Source of the DNA: an uncultured Planctomycetales bacterium
Lineage (GTDB): Bacteria > Omnitrophota > Gorgyraeia > Zapsychrales > GWA2-47-8
DNA length: 64,000 bases
Direction of reading: 5' to 3'
NCBI GenBank assembly: GCA_964359575.1
Contig: CAYHTV010000001.1
Coordinates: 5,547 to 69,546 of the forward strand
Shown: positions 28,156 through 38,303 of the stretch, one piece after another
Layout of the letters: every line of letters begins with the position of its first letter
Numbering within the stretch: the first letter of the stretch is position 1
Notes under the pieces: model-generated
Seen by the model: only the letters and a program-made list of their open reading frames with translations
Told to the model about the DNA's origin: nothing
Databases searched by the model: none
Program-made: the position numbers and the translations under genes

Positions 28156-29211
28156 ATGAGTATCGAAAGTCTGCGAAAAAAAATTGATGCCCTGGATAAA
28201 AAAATCGTCGCGTTATTAAATGACCGCGCCAAAATCAGCCTTTTGATCGGGCAGGAGAAAATGAGAAGTAAGAAAGGCATTTATTCTCCCGGCCGGGAAA
28301 AACAAGTGCTTAAGCACATCGCCTCACTCAATCAAGGCCCAGTTTCTCTCGAAGCGCTGGATGCTATTTATCGTGAGATTATGTCTTCTTCACTTTCCCT
28401 GGAAAGAATTAAAGATGTTGCTTATTTGGGAACGCAGGGATCATTTACGCATGCCGCCGCTTTAAAAAAGTTTGGCTCTCAGGTGAATTATCAGTCATGC
28501 AATACAATCCTGGAAGTTTTTCAAAAGGTTGAGCGTGACGAATGTGATTATGGGATTGTGCCCATCGAAAATTCTACCGAAGGCGCGGTGACGCACACGT
28601 TAGATATGTTCGTTGATTCGGATCTAAAAATCTGCGCTCAGATTCTCTGCCCAATTTCCCATAATCTTTTATCCAAAGCGCGTTTAGATAAAATCAAAAA
28701 GATTTATTCGAATCCGCAGGTTTTTGGTCAATGCCGGAATTGGCTGCTAGAGCATTTGCCTAAGGCCGGCCAGATTTCTGTTTCTTCAACGACCCAGGCG
28801 GCGCGCACAGCCGTGCACGAAAAAGGTAGTGCAGCCATTGCCTCGGTTTTAGCCGCGGAAGTTTACAAACTGCCGGTTTTGCGCAGGAATATTCAAGACA
28901 TTGCCAATAACACGACGCGATTTTTGGTGATTGGCACCCAAGAGGCTCAGCCAACGGGACATGACCGCACTTCGATTTTATTCTCCATCAAAGATAAGGT
29001 GGGCGCGCTGCACGCGATGATAACTCCTTTTTATCAAAATAAAATTAATCTTACGAAAATTGAATCGCGGCCTTCAAAAAGACGGGCCTGGGATTATTAT
29101 TTTTTTGTGGATTTCGAAGGCCATCGTTTGGATAGAAATGCCAAGCGGGCCCTCGCGAAATTGGAAGATATGTGCAAATATTTAAAAATTTTGGGTTCTT
29201 ACCCGGTGTGA
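28156..29211 (+). CDS. pheA: Chorismate mutase/prephenate dehydratase
   Basis: LR..ID.LD chorismate mutase domain, PIENSTEG, NTTRF, LTKIESRP. Confidence 0.95.
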   Translation: MSIESLRKKIDALDKKIVALLNDRAKISLLIGQEKMRSKKGIYSPGREKQVLKHIASLNQGPVSLEALDAIYREIMSSSLSLERIKDVAYLGTQGSFTHAAALKKFGSQVNYQSCNTILEVFQKVERDECDYGIVPIENSTEGAVTHTLDMFVDSDLKICAQILCPISHNLLSKARLDKIKKIYSNPQVFGQCRNWLLEHLPKAGQISVSSTTQAARTAVHEKGSAAIASVLAAEVYKLPVLRRNIQDIANNTTRFLVIGTQEAQPTGHDRTSILFSIKDKVGALHAMITPFYQNKINLTKIESRPSKRRAWDYYFFVDFEGHRLDRNAKRALAKLEDMCKYLKILGSYPV

Positions 29212-29215
29212 TTTT

Positions 29216-30301
29216 ATGAAAACAATCGTCAATCGGCATGTGCTGCGGGCTGAACCTTATGTCCCGGGAAAACCCATCGCGGAGGTCAAGCGCGAATTGG
29301 GATTAAAACAGGTTGTTAAATTGGCTTCGAATGAAAGTCCATTTGCTCCCTCACCCAAAGTCCTGCAGGCTATCGCTGCCGAGGCAAAAAGTCTTAATCG
29401 TTATCCTGATGGGCAGTGCTTTTATCTCCGGCAAGAGCTTGCCAAACGCCTCAAGGTGGCTCCAGAACAACTCATTTTTGGCAATGGGTCGGATGAGATC
29501 ATTGTTATGGCTATCCGCGCCTTCGTTGAGCCTGGGAATGAAGTCGTGATCGCCAAGCCGTCTTTTCTTATTTATGAAATCGCCGCGAAATTAGCCGGTG
29601 CCAAAATCAAGGCTGTTCCTTTGCGTAATTTTTTTTATGATTTGGACAATATGAAGCGAGCGGTCACGGAAAAGACCAAAATGATCTTTATTGGTAATCC
29701 CGATAATCCGGCCGGGACATATGTCACGCACAGCGAAATTTTAGATTTTTTAAGCAATCTTCGACGTGATATTATTATTTTTTTCGATGAGGCCTATTTT
29801 GAATATGTGTTGGAAAAAGATTATCCCGATACGCTTAAATTGTTGAGTGATTATAAAAATGTCATTATCACGCGGACGTTTTCAAAGCTTTACGGTTTGG
29901 CAGGATTGCGGGTGGGGTATGGCATCGCCGATAAGGAAGTTGTTGAGATCTTAAATCGGGTACGGGAACCGTTCAATGTGAATTCCGTAGCACAGGCGGC
30001 GGCCTTGGCGTGCTTGAAAGATCAGGCGTATTATCAGCGCGTTGTCCGGTATACTCACAAACAAAAAAAGATTATTTATGCCGCACTGGAAAAACTGAAT
30101 TTATTGTTTAGGGAAAGCGCGGCAAATTTTATTTTGCTTGATGTGAAACGCAATAGCAGCGAAGTGGCAAGGGAAATGCTCAAGCGAGGGGTCATTGTGC
30201 GCGACATGTCTCCTTGGGGATTGCGGAATTTTATCCGTCTGACGATTGGAATGGAAAACGAAAATAAGCGATTTTTGGAGGTTTTGAAGGAGGTCTTATG
30301 A
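29216..30301 (+). CDS. hisC: Histidinol-phosphate aminotransferase
   Basis: KLASNE, GNGSDE, DEAY, RTFSK.YGLAGLRVGY. Confidence 0.95.
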   Translation: MKTIVNRHVLRAEPYVPGKPIAEVKRELGLKQVVKLASNESPFAPSPKVLQAIAAEAKSLNRYPDGQCFYLRQELAKRLKVAPEQLIFGNGSDEIIVMAIRAFVEPGNEVVIAKPSFLIYEIAAKLAGAKIKAVPLRNFFYDLDNMKRAVTEKTKMIFIGNPDNPAGTYVTHSEILDFLSNLRRDIIIFFDEAYFEYVLEKDYPDTLKLLSDYKNVIITRTFSKLYGLAGLRVGYGIADKEVVEILNRVREPFNVNSVAQAAALACLKDQAYYQRVVRYTHKQKKIIYAALEKLNLLFRESAANFILLDVKRNSSEVAREMLKRGVIVRDMSPWGLRNFIRLTIGMENENKRFLEVLKEVL

Positions 30302-31314
30302 TTATTATTCTTAAACCCGACGCAACGGAACAGCAGATTCAGCATATCATTGAAAAAGCCGAGAAATTAGGGCTGAGCGCTCATATCTCGCGCGGGGTGG
30401 AGCGGACGATTATTGGCTTTATCGGACCCGAAGATGTATTACGCAATACGCCTTTGGAAATATTCCCGGGAGTGGAACGGGTCATGCCCGTCTTAGCGCC
30501 GTATAAACTTGTTTCGCGTGAATTCAAAAGAGAAGACACGATTGTTTCCATCGGCAAAGATGTGAAGGTGGGCGGCAAAAAAATTGTGCTCATGGCTGGG
30601 CCGTGCTCGATCGAGGATTTTGATTCTTTATTGTCCTTGGCCACTCAAGTGAAGCGGGCAGGGGCAACGGTTTTGCGCGGTGGTGCCTTTAAGCCCAGAA
30701 CCTCACCTTATGATTTTCAGGGTCTGGGTGAGGAAGGATTGAAATATTTGGCCGATGTTGGCAAACAGGTCGGCATTGCCACGGTCACGGAAGTTATGGA
30801 TCCGCGCGATGTGGGGCTCATCGCTAAATACGTGGATGTCTTTCAAATAGGGGCAAGAAATATGCAAAATTTTTCACTCCTCAAAGAAGTCGGCTTGACC
30901 CAAAAACCCGTGATGCTCAAACGCGGTATGAGTGCTACGATTAAAGATTTGTTGATGTCGGCGGAGTATATCCTTTCGCAGGGGAATTTTAATGTGATAT
31001 TGTGTGAACGGGGAATCCGGACATTTGAAACAGCTACCCGCAACACCTTGGATATTAACGCTGTTGCGGTTGTGAAGCAATTGTCTCATTTACCAATTGT
31101 CGTGGATCCAAGCCATGCAACCGGGCGGTGGGGATTAGTGCCCAGCGCGGCCAAGGCGGCCGTCGCTGCCGGATGTGATGGCTTAATGATTGAAGTGCAT
31201 GAAAATCCTGAGGAGGCATTATCGGATGGGCCGCAGTCTTTGATTCCGGAAAATTTTAGCGTGCTCGTCAAGGATCTGCAATTAATCGCGACAGCTGTCT
31301 CGCGTGAAATTTAG
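30298..31314 (+). CDS. aroF: DAHP synthase (type I-beta)
   Basis: [32 protein letters not shown]. Confidence 0.95.
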   Translation: MIIILKPDATEQQIQHIIEKAEKLGLSAHISRGVERTIIGFIGPEDVLRNTPLEIFPGVERVMPVLAPYKLVSREFKREDTIVSIGKDVKVGGKKIVLMAGPCSIEDFDSLLSLATQVKRAGATVLRGGAFKPRTSPYDFQGLGEEGLKYLADVGKQVGIATVTEVMDPRDVGLIAKYVDVFQIGARNMQNFSLLKEVGLTQKPVMLKRGMSATIKDLLMSAEYILSQGNFNVILCERGIRTFETATRNTLDINAVAVVKQLSHLPIVVDPSHATGRWGLVPSAAKAAVAAGCDGLMIEVHENPEEALSDGPQSLIPENFSVLVKDLQLIATAVSREI

Positions 31315-31355
31315 TTTAGCATCGTAGATTTGTTAATTTAATCAAGGAGCCAGCT

Positions 31356-32246
31356 GTGTTAGGACACATTTTTAAATCTTCTATGCCTTTGCGCACGCCA
31401 TTATTTCGAAGGATTTCCATTATCGGGGTTGGGCTGATTGGCGGCTCTTTAGGGCTCGCGATCAAAAAACAGAATGTGGCTCGCGAGATTGTGGGTTTCT
31501 CTCATACCGCCGCATCTCTCAATTACGCCTTGGAGCATAAAATCATTGATCATGCGGCGCAGGATTTAAAGACGGCTGTGCATAACGCCGATTTAGTTAT
31601 TTTAGCGACACCGGTTAAAACGATTATCAATTTAATGCCGTTGATTGCTTCCTATTTGAGCCGGTATTGCATCGTCACGGATGTTGGGAGCACCAAGGCC
31701 TCGATCGTGGAAGCCGCACAAAAGAATTTGCCATCTTATCCGATGTTCGTGGGGTCACATCCTTTGGCCGGGTCTGAGAAAAAAGGGCCCACCCATGCCA
31801 GCGCAGAGTTGTTCGAGGGCGCAGTTTGTATCATGACGCCGATGGATCAAACCAACCGTCTGGCCAAGGAGAAAGTGAAACATTTTTGGACGAATTTGGG
31901 ATCCCATGTAAAATTTCTAGCACCCGATCAACATGACAAAATTTTAGCTTATATCAGCCATCTCCCGCATGCCGTTGCCTATTCCTTGGTCGAAACGATT
32001 CCGGCAGAATATTTGGAATTTTCCGTCCAAGGGTTTAAGGACACAACACGCATTGCGTCCTCCTCGCCGCAGATGTGGACTGATATCTGTCTGGCGAATC
32101 CCAAAAATATCGTTAAGTCCCTCGATGAGGTTGTAAAAAATCTTTCCGCAATCCGCAAAATGATTTTAGCGAAAGATGAGCAGGGGCTAAACGACCATTT
32201 TCAGAAATCCAAAACCAAACGCGACAGTATTGAAAAACGTGAGTAG
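31356..32246 (+). CDS. tyrA: Prephenate dehydrogenase
   Basis: GVGLIGGS, DVGSTK, HPLAGSE, SHLPH. Confidence 0.93.
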   Translation: MLGHIFKSSMPLRTPLFRRISIIGVGLIGGSLGLAIKKQNVAREIVGFSHTAASLNYALEHKIIDHAAQDLKTAVHNADLVILATPVKTIINLMPLIASYLSRYCIVTDVGSTKASIVEAAQKNLPSYPMFVGSHPLAGSEKKGPTHASAELFEGAVCIMTPMDQTNRLAKEKVKHFWTNLGSHVKFLAPDQHDKILAYISHLPHAVAYSLVETIPAEYLEFSVQGFKDTTRIASSSPQMWTDICLANPKNIVKSLDEVVKNLSAIRKMILAKDEQGLNDHFQKSKTKRDSIEKRE

Positions 32247-32919
32247 TGCGGTGCGAACAACGGTGGTCACAATCGATGGGCCAGCCGGAGCAGGGAAAAG
32301 CACGGTGGCCAAACAATTGGCCCGGCGGCTGCTTTTTTCTTATCTCGATACCGGTGCGATGTACCGCGCCTTGACACTCAAAGCGCTGCAGCTTAAGGCG
32401 GATCTGGAGGATGAAAGCGCGCTGGTTATTTTGGCAATGGGAACGGCGATTGATTTTAAAGAAGACAGCCAAAATGGTTTGCGTGTCTTGTTGGACGGGA
32501 GGGACGTTACTGAAGCGATCCGCACACTGGAGGTGACCAATAATACGTTTTATATTGCCCGTGCGTCAAAGGTGCGCGCGATCATGGTGGACTGGCAGCG
32601 GCAAATTGGCACAAAGCATAATGTTGTTGCCGAAGGCCGGGATGTCGGTACAGTGGTTTTTCCCAATGCCGCGTACAAATTTTATTTGGATGCCAATTTT
32701 GCGGAGCGGGCCCATCGCAGGATTCGAGAATTGGAAGAAAAAGGCCAAAGTGTCGAAGCCAAAAAATTGAAGCAAGAATTGCAAGAGCGTGACCAAAAAG
32801 ATTTGACGCGTAAAGTTGGGCCCTTGAAGAAGGCGGACGATGCGGTTTTTATTGATTCCACGAACTTCTCCGTTGAGGAAGTGGTGGGGATGATGATGAA
32901 ATATATTAAAAAGCAATAA
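32230..32919 (+). CDS. cmk: Cytidylate kinase
   Basis: IDGPAGAGKST, DTGAMYRA, EGRDVGTVVFP. Confidence 0.95.
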   Translation: MKNVSSAVRTTVVTIDGPAGAGKSTVAKQLARRLLFSYLDTGAMYRALTLKALQLKADLEDESALVILAMGTAIDFKEDSQNGLRVLLDGRDVTEAIRTLEVTNNTFYIARASKVRAIMVDWQRQIGTKHNVVAEGRDVGTVVFPNAAYKFYLDANFAERAHRRIRELEEKGQSVEAKKLKQELQERDQKDLTRKVGPLKKADDAVFIDSTNFSVEEVVGMMMKYIKKQ

Positions 32920-32920
32920 A

Positions 32921-32998
32921 TCATCAGCCGTCAGCCTTCAGTCATCAGCCAAGTGCTTTTAGCTGAAGACTGAAGACTGAAAACTGATAGCCGAAAGT
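32921..32998. repeat. Inverted arrays of 7-mer tandem repeats (TCAGCCN / NCTGAAR)
   Basis: tcagccg-tcagcct-tcagtca-tcagcca ... gctgaag-actgaag-actgaaa-actgata. Confidence 0.8.
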
Positions 32999-33003
32999 TA
33001 AAC

Positions 33004-34794
33004 ATGGACAAATCACTTATTCGAAATTTTTCGATTATCGCGCACATTGATCACGGGAAATCCACCCTCGCGGATCGGCTATTGCTTTTTTCCGGGGCCA
33101 TCGACGAACGAAAATTCAGAAATCAAGTGCTGGATGATATGGACTTAGAGCGCGAGCGCGGTATTACGATCAAGGCCTCAGCGGTACGCCTGGATTACAA
33201 AGCCAATGACGGCAGATTTTATATTTTTAATCTTATCGACACGCCGGGCCATGTGGATTTTACCTATGAAGTTGAAAAATCCCTGCGCGCCTGTGAAGGG
33301 GCGCTTTTGGTTGTTGATGTTTCGCAGGGAGTTGAGTCGCAAACCGTGGCCAATTATTATTTGGCGATTGATAACAATTTGGAAATTTTGCCCGTAATTA
33401 ACAAGATTGATATCGTTAACGCCGATATTGAATTGTCAAAAAAAGAAATGGTTGAGGCGCTCGGTTTTAAGGAAAAGGACATTCAACTGGTTTCCGCCAA
33501 AGAAGGCATTGGGGTCAAAGAACTTTTCGAAAAGATTCTTGCCTTTATTCCTCATCCAGAAGGCGATGAAAATGCGCCCCTGCAGGCGTTTATCTTTGAT
33601 ATGAAATATGATATTTATAAAGGGATCATCATTTATGTGCGGATTATGAATGGTATTCTAAAACCGGATATGCGCATCCGGATGATGCATCGGAATAAAG
33701 AATTCTCCGTTGAAGAAGTTGGCGTTTTCCGCCCTGAGGCGGTTAAGGTCAACGAATTATCGTGCGGGGAGGTTGGGTACATGACCTGCAATATTCACAA
33801 TCCGCAGGAGGTTAAAGTTGGCGATACAATTACGGCGGCGGAAAATCCTGCCCCAAAGCCGCTGCCTGGTTACCGGCAATTGAAGCCTTTAGTTTTCTGC
33901 GGGGTTTATCCGGTCAACGCCGCGGATTTCATGAATCTGCGTGAGGCGATTGAAAAATTGCGACTGAATGACCCGAGTTTTGTCCACGAGCCGGAGACGT
34001 CCGAATCTTTTGGCCATGGGTTTCGCTGCGGGTTTCTGGGATTGCTGCACATGGAAGTGATCCAAGAGCGGCTGCAGCGCGAATATGATTTGAATCTCAT
34101 TCTTACGACACCGAACGTTGGATATCGCGTTATCATGAAAGAAAAAAAAGTGATTCAGTTAGAGAATCCTTCGCAGCTCCCCGGTGCCAGTGATATGGAC
34201 AGTATCGAAGAGCCGTATTTAAAAGTTTCCATCCTCACTCCGGTTTCGTCGATGGATAAAGTCATGGAATTGGCCAAGGCCAAGCGCGGGATTTTCCAAA
34301 AAAGCGAATTCGTCTCGGATAGAATGCGGATTGTTTTTGATATCCCACTCTCGGAAGTCATTGTGGATTTTAACGACCAGATCAAATCCGTGACCCGCGG
34401 TTATGGATCGATCGACTATGAATTCAAGGGTTACCTGCCGGCGAAGATTGCGAAGTTGGATATTTTGATTAACGATAAAGTGTGCGATGCCTTTTCGTGC
34501 TTGGTTCACAAGGAGCGCGCGTATGAAAAAGGGTTAGCCTTGGTGACCAAACTCAAAGATCTCATCCCGCAGCAATTGTTCGAAGTTAAAATTCAGGCCA
34601 GCGCCGATGGGAGAATTATTTCCAGTGCCAAGGTAAAGGCCATGGGCAAAAATGTCACGGCCAAATGTTACGGCGGCGATATTACCCGTAAGCGTAAACT
34701 TTGGGAAAAGCAAAAAGAGGGGAAGAAGAAGCTTAAACAAATCGGCAATGTCGAGGTTCCGCAGGAAGCCTTTTTGGCCGCGCTCAAAATATAG
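33004..34794 (+). CDS. lepA: Translation elongation factor 4
   Basis: IRNFSIIAHIDHGKSTLADR, GFRCGFLGLLH, CYGGDITRKRKL. Confidence 0.98.
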   Translation: MDKSLIRNFSIIAHIDHGKSTLADRLLLFSGAIDERKFRNQVLDDMDLERERGITIKASAVRLDYKANDGRFYIFNLIDTPGHVDFTYEVEKSLRACEGALLVVDVSQGVESQTVANYYLAIDNNLEILPVINKIDIVNADIELSKKEMVEALGFKEKDIQLVSAKEGIGVKELFEKILAFIPHPEGDENAPLQAFIFDMKYDIYKGIIIYVRIMNGILKPDMRIRMMHRNKEFSVEEVGVFRPEAVKVNELSCGEVGYMTCNIHNPQEVKVGDTITAAENPAPKPLPGYRQLKPLVFCGVYPVNAADFMNLREAIEKLRLNDPSFVHEPETSESFGHGFRCGFLGLLHMEVIQERLQREYDLNLILTTPNVGYRVIMKEKKVIQLENPSQLPGASDMDSIEEPYLKVSILTPVSSMDKVMELAKAKRGIFQKSEFVSDRMRIVFDIPLSEVIVDFNDQIKSVTRGYGSIDYEFKGYLPAKIAKLDILINDKVCDAFSCLVHKERAYEKGLALVTKLKDLIPQQLFEVKIQASADGRIISSAKVKAMGKNVTAKCYGGDITRKRKLWEKQKEGKKKLKQIGNVEVPQEAFLAALKI

Positions 34795-34805
34795 AGGGAA
34801 AAATC

Positions 34806-35414
34806 ATGTTTAAGAAGATAAACCAATGGCTCACAAAAGTTTTAGGCCCTAAGAATTCAACGCTTCGCGAGTGGGTCGAATCGATTGTTGTCGCTTTTAT
34901 TATGGCGATGTTTATCCGCACCTTTATGGTGCAGGCTTTTAAAATTCCCAGCGGCTCCATGCGCATGACCCTTTTGGAAGGAGACCGCCTGCTGGTTAAT
35001 AAGCTGCGTTATGGGGCTAAAATTCCCTTTACCGACAAACGGCTTCCTGGCTTCAGTAAACCCAGCCGCGGGGACATTATTGTTTTTGTCTATCCCGAGG
35101 ACCCGAAACGGGATTTTATTAAACGCCTTATTGCCTTTGGGGGCGAAACCATCGAGATTAGATACGGGGACATATACATCAATGATCAGCTGATTGAAGA
35201 TCCACGGATCAACAATATGTATTATTACAATCGCGGGATGTATAGCGATGTTGGAAAAAAGATCAAAGTCCCGCCGGGTTTTCTTTTTGTTCTCGGAGAT
35301 AATAGCGCTTCCAGCCATGACAGCCGTTTTTGGGGATTTGTTCCGGAAAAAAATGTTGTGGGCCGGGCCGAATTGATTTACTGGCCGCTTCAGCGGATTC
35401 GATTTATCCATTGA
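34806..35414 (+). CDS. lepB: Signal peptidase I
   Basis: IPSGSM..TL.GD, FIKR, GDNS..S.DSR.WG. Confidence 0.95.
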   Translation: MFKKINQWLTKVLGPKNSTLREWVESIVVAFIMAMFIRTFMVQAFKIPSGSMRMTLLEGDRLLVNKLRYGAKIPFTDKRLPGFSKPSRGDIIVFVYPEDPKRDFIKRLIAFGGETIEIRYGDIYINDQLIEDPRINNMYYYNRGMYSDVGKKIKVPPGFLFVLGDNSASSHDSRFWGFVPEKNVVGRAELIYWPLQRIRFIH

Positions 35415-35415
35415 T

Positions 35416-35781
35416 ATGACGCGAGGACATTATTTTTCAGTTATAATTTTTTTATTCGTGCTGGCAGGGTGCGCAACGTCGGCGAATAAAAAAAATGTCC
35501 GGCAGGCGGCTTCTGCCGAGAGCGCCGAAGAAGTGTCGGCCGCGCTGCAGTCCATCGTGGGAGCGGTGAGCGGACAAAAGGTCGATGAGAAAAAACTCCG
35601 GGATCTCGCACAGGAGATGAAAAAGGATAAAACCACCGAGGCCGCGGTTCAGTCCGTTACCGAGGCCTTGACCGGGACGAACCGCGTTATCAAATATTGC
35701 CCGGTCGATGGGAAACGTTTCGGCGGTAAAGTGGAAACCTGTCCGGAACATAATGTTTTATTAGAAAATTTGGAAGAATAG
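35416..35781 (+). CDS. Lipoprotein with C-terminal zinc-ribbon
   Basis: LAGC lipobox; CPVDG...CPEH. Confidence 0.7.
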   Translation: MTRGHYFSVIIFLFVLAGCATSANKKNVRQAASAESAEEVSAALQSIVGAVSGQKVDEKKLRDLAQEMKKDKTTEAAVQSVTEALTGTNRVIKYCPVDGKRFGGKVETCPEHNVLLENLEE

Positions 35782-35796
35782 TTTTTGGAAATACAT

Positions 35797-36363
35797 ATGG
35801 GTTTGACTTTTGCCAATAAAGTGACGATCGGGCGGATTTTGGCGGTGCCTTTTTTTATTGCCGCGGTTTTGTATTATTCCCCCGAGCGTGATTACTTAAG
35901 GTATGTGGCCTTAGGCGTATTCCTTTTCGCCGTGATTTCAGATGTGATCGATGGGTATATTGCACGAACGAGGAATCAAAAGACCCAAGCCGGCGCGATC
36001 CTTGATCCCTTGGCCGATAAAATTCTTATCATTAGCGCGTTTCTGTGTTTGTATAAAATCGGTACTTATTTTCCGGGGCCGGGTGGTGTGCAGTTTCCGA
36101 TATGGCTGGTGGTGGCCGTGATTAGCCGCGATGTCATCCTGCTTTTGGGATCGATGATCATCCATTTGGTCCGCGGAGAATTTAATGTGAATCCCACAAA
36201 ATGGGGGAAGGTTACCACATTTTTTCAAGTTTTTTGTGTCTTAGGGATACTTTTGCAGTGGTCCTTTTCAGCGGCCATTTGGTATGTTACGGTAGTTTTT
36301 ACTGTTATTTCGGGGTTAGGATATATCCGTAAAGGAATTAAAATTTTAAACGAAAATGTTTAG
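35797..36363 (+). CDS. pgsA: CDP-alcohol phosphatidyltransferase (PgsA-like)
   Basis: D.IDGYIAR...G..LDPLADK. Confidence 0.88.
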   Translation: MGLTFANKVTIGRILAVPFFIAAVLYYSPERDYLRYVALGVFLFAVISDVIDGYIARTRNQKTQAGAILDPLADKILIISAFLCLYKIGTYFPGPGGVQFPIWLVVAVISRDVILLLGSMIIHLVRGEFNVNPTKWGKVTTFFQVFCVLGILLQWSFSAAIWYVTVVFTVISGLGYIRKGIKILNENV

Positions 36364-36988
36364 TCAAATCATTATTGCCGTTATTCTGAGCTATCTTTTG
36401 GGATCCATTCCTACTGCGTATATTTTTGGCCGGGTTTTCAAGGGCATTGATATCCGCGGGCACGGCTCCGGTAACGTCGGAGCCACCAATGCCTTCCGCG
36501 TTTTGGGGAAGGGACAGGGGAGTGCGGTACTTTTGATTGATATTTGCAAGGGAATTTTGGCAACTACGCTTTTGCCGAATGTCTTAGGATTGAGCAAAAT
36601 TTGGCAGTATGTCCTTCTCTCCTTGGTCGTTGTCTGCGGCCACAATTGGACGATTTTTTTAAATTTTAAAGGTGGAAAAGGAATTGCTACCAGTTTAGGA
36701 GTCTTGATTGGATTGACTATTCAGATTGCCGCGATACGGCCGGTGTTGCTTGCCACGGTGCTTATTTGGGGCAGCATTTTTTTAGTTACGGGATTGGTGT
36801 CGCTTGCGTCAATTGTCGCGGCAAGTTTTTTGCCCATTATTATGGTGCTGACCAACCAGTCAACGGCTATCGTGGTCTTGGGAGTCATTTTCTGTCTCTT
36901 GGTCGTGCTGCGTCACCGTAACAATATCAAACGCCTCCTTAAAGGCGAAGAGCCGCGGGTTATTTTTCCTTTCCCAAAGCGTCGGTAA
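36356..36988 (+). CDS. plsY: Glycerol-3-phosphate acyltransferase
   Basis: GSGNVGATN, FKGGKGIAT, RH..NI.RL. Confidence 0.95.
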   Translation: MFSQIIIAVILSYLLGSIPTAYIFGRVFKGIDIRGHGSGNVGATNAFRVLGKGQGSAVLLIDICKGILATTLLPNVLGLSKIWQYVLLSLVVVCGHNWTIFLNFKGGKGIATSLGVLIGLTIQIAAIRPVLLATVLIWGSIFLVTGLVSLASIVAASFLPIIMVLTNQSTAIVVLGVIFCLLVVLRHRNNIKRLLKGEEPRVIFPFPKRR

Positions 36989-37176
36989 TCCTGCATTCTT
37001 AATATTGTGTCGTAACCTCCTCTCAATCCATACGTTAGAAGTTCTGTTAAATCTGAAAACGTTTTCCCCAAACGGCCTTATCCATCTTGTTTGCCGGTTG
37101 ATGGGTGTTATACTTTCATCATCGGTAACATAGAGGAGTTTAAAACGGCTATGTTACTCAAATTGAGGAAAATCCT

Positions 37177-37530
37177 ATGCGAAAAATTTTTTACCGTAAG
37201 CGGCATTCGTTAAAAAATCGGCATAAAATGATGTCGATCTGCGAAACTTCCGATGAGCAGGATTGCCAAACATCGGTGCGCAAGCATTTTATATATGTTG
37301 TCAGCAAAGAAGATAAAATTGAACAGCATATCAGCCCGCCACGGATTGATATTAAGAAATACTTAAATAGCAAAACCAGGGAGGAGAGATTCCATTTCAG
37401 GGTGAAGGGATATTTTTATATCTCGCGCGAACAGTCTTTATTCAAAGTCCGCTTTTGTCACTCGCTCAAAATCGGGATCATTTGGAAGTCTAAGGAGCTC
37501 TCCCCCAAAAAGTCAGCGACCCTGACTTAA
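37177..37530 (+). CDS. Hypothetical basic protein
   Basis: GAGG RBS, 117-codon ORF followed by a terminator. Confidence 0.55.
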   Translation: MRKIFYRKRHSLKNRHKMMSICETSDEQDCQTSVRKHFIYVVSKEDKIEQHISPPRIDIKKYLNSKTREERFHFRVKGYFYISREQSLFKVRFCHSLKIGIIWKSKELSPKKSATLT

Positions 37531-37554
37531 CATGCGTGCTGAAAAAGCACGTCT

Positions 37555-37591
37555 GACCAGCGGAAGCCAAAAGCCTCCGCTGGTCTTTTTT
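37555..37591 (+). terminator. Rho-independent terminator
   Basis: GACCAGCGGA..GC..TCCGCTGGTC followed by T-run. Confidence 0.8.
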
Positions 37592-37744
37592 GCCCCGCCA
37601 AAATTCTTAAAAATTCTTAAAAAATTCTTCAAGAATCGATTTCCATAAAAAAACTTTATGCTACAATACGGGTGTTAACAAATTTTAAAAATATCGATAA
37701 GGGGTAATTTCTTAAGTCATAACATTTCAGCAAAGGAGGAAGAC

Positions 37745-38194
37745 GTGTTAGCAAAATTATTCGTTATGATGATGTTGACCACGACTCTGGTGGGATGCGC
37801 TTCAACGCAGCAAAAAACAGCGCTTAACCAGTTGCAAATGCAGGTTGCGGACTTGGAGCGCCAAGTAGGGGAAAAGGATGATGAAATCGCTGACCTGCAG
37901 GATGAGGTGGATCGTTTGAATGTAGATCTGCAAAAAAAGACAAAAATGGCAAGCGAGGAAGCTATAAAACCGTTGAGCAAAAAGGACGGTGAAATTATTC
38001 GTGTCGGGGCAAGCGTGGGACAAGTTCAGATCGCCTTAAAAAAAGCCGGGTATTATGACGGCGCTATCGATAGCAAGTTAGGAGAAAATACCAAGCGCGC
38101 TATTGTTCAATTCCAAAAAGATAATAATCTTAATGCTGATGGGCTTCTTGGAAAAAAGACCTGGGAAAAGTTAAAGACTTATTTTGAAGAATAG
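37745..38194 (+). CDS. Lipoprotein with coiled coil and peptidoglycan-binding (PG_binding_1) domain
   Basis: LVGC lipobox; Q.AL..AGY..G.ID...G..T..A...FQ....L.ADG..G..TW. Confidence 0.85.
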   Translation: MLAKLFVMMMLTTTLVGCASTQQKTALNQLQMQVADLERQVGEKDDEIADLQDEVDRLNVDLQKKTKMASEEAIKPLSKKDGEIIRVGASVGQVQIALKKAGYYDGAIDSKLGENTKRAIVQFQKDNNLNADGLLGKKTWEKLKTYFEE

Positions 38195-38303
38195 TTTAGA
38201 AAAATAGCTTGATGCCATTTCGGATTGTCAGTGTTTTGGGGTGTGGTTGGTTAGGATTTTTGCATCTCCTCCATTGCCATCCGGATATAAACGGAAAAGA
38301 CAT

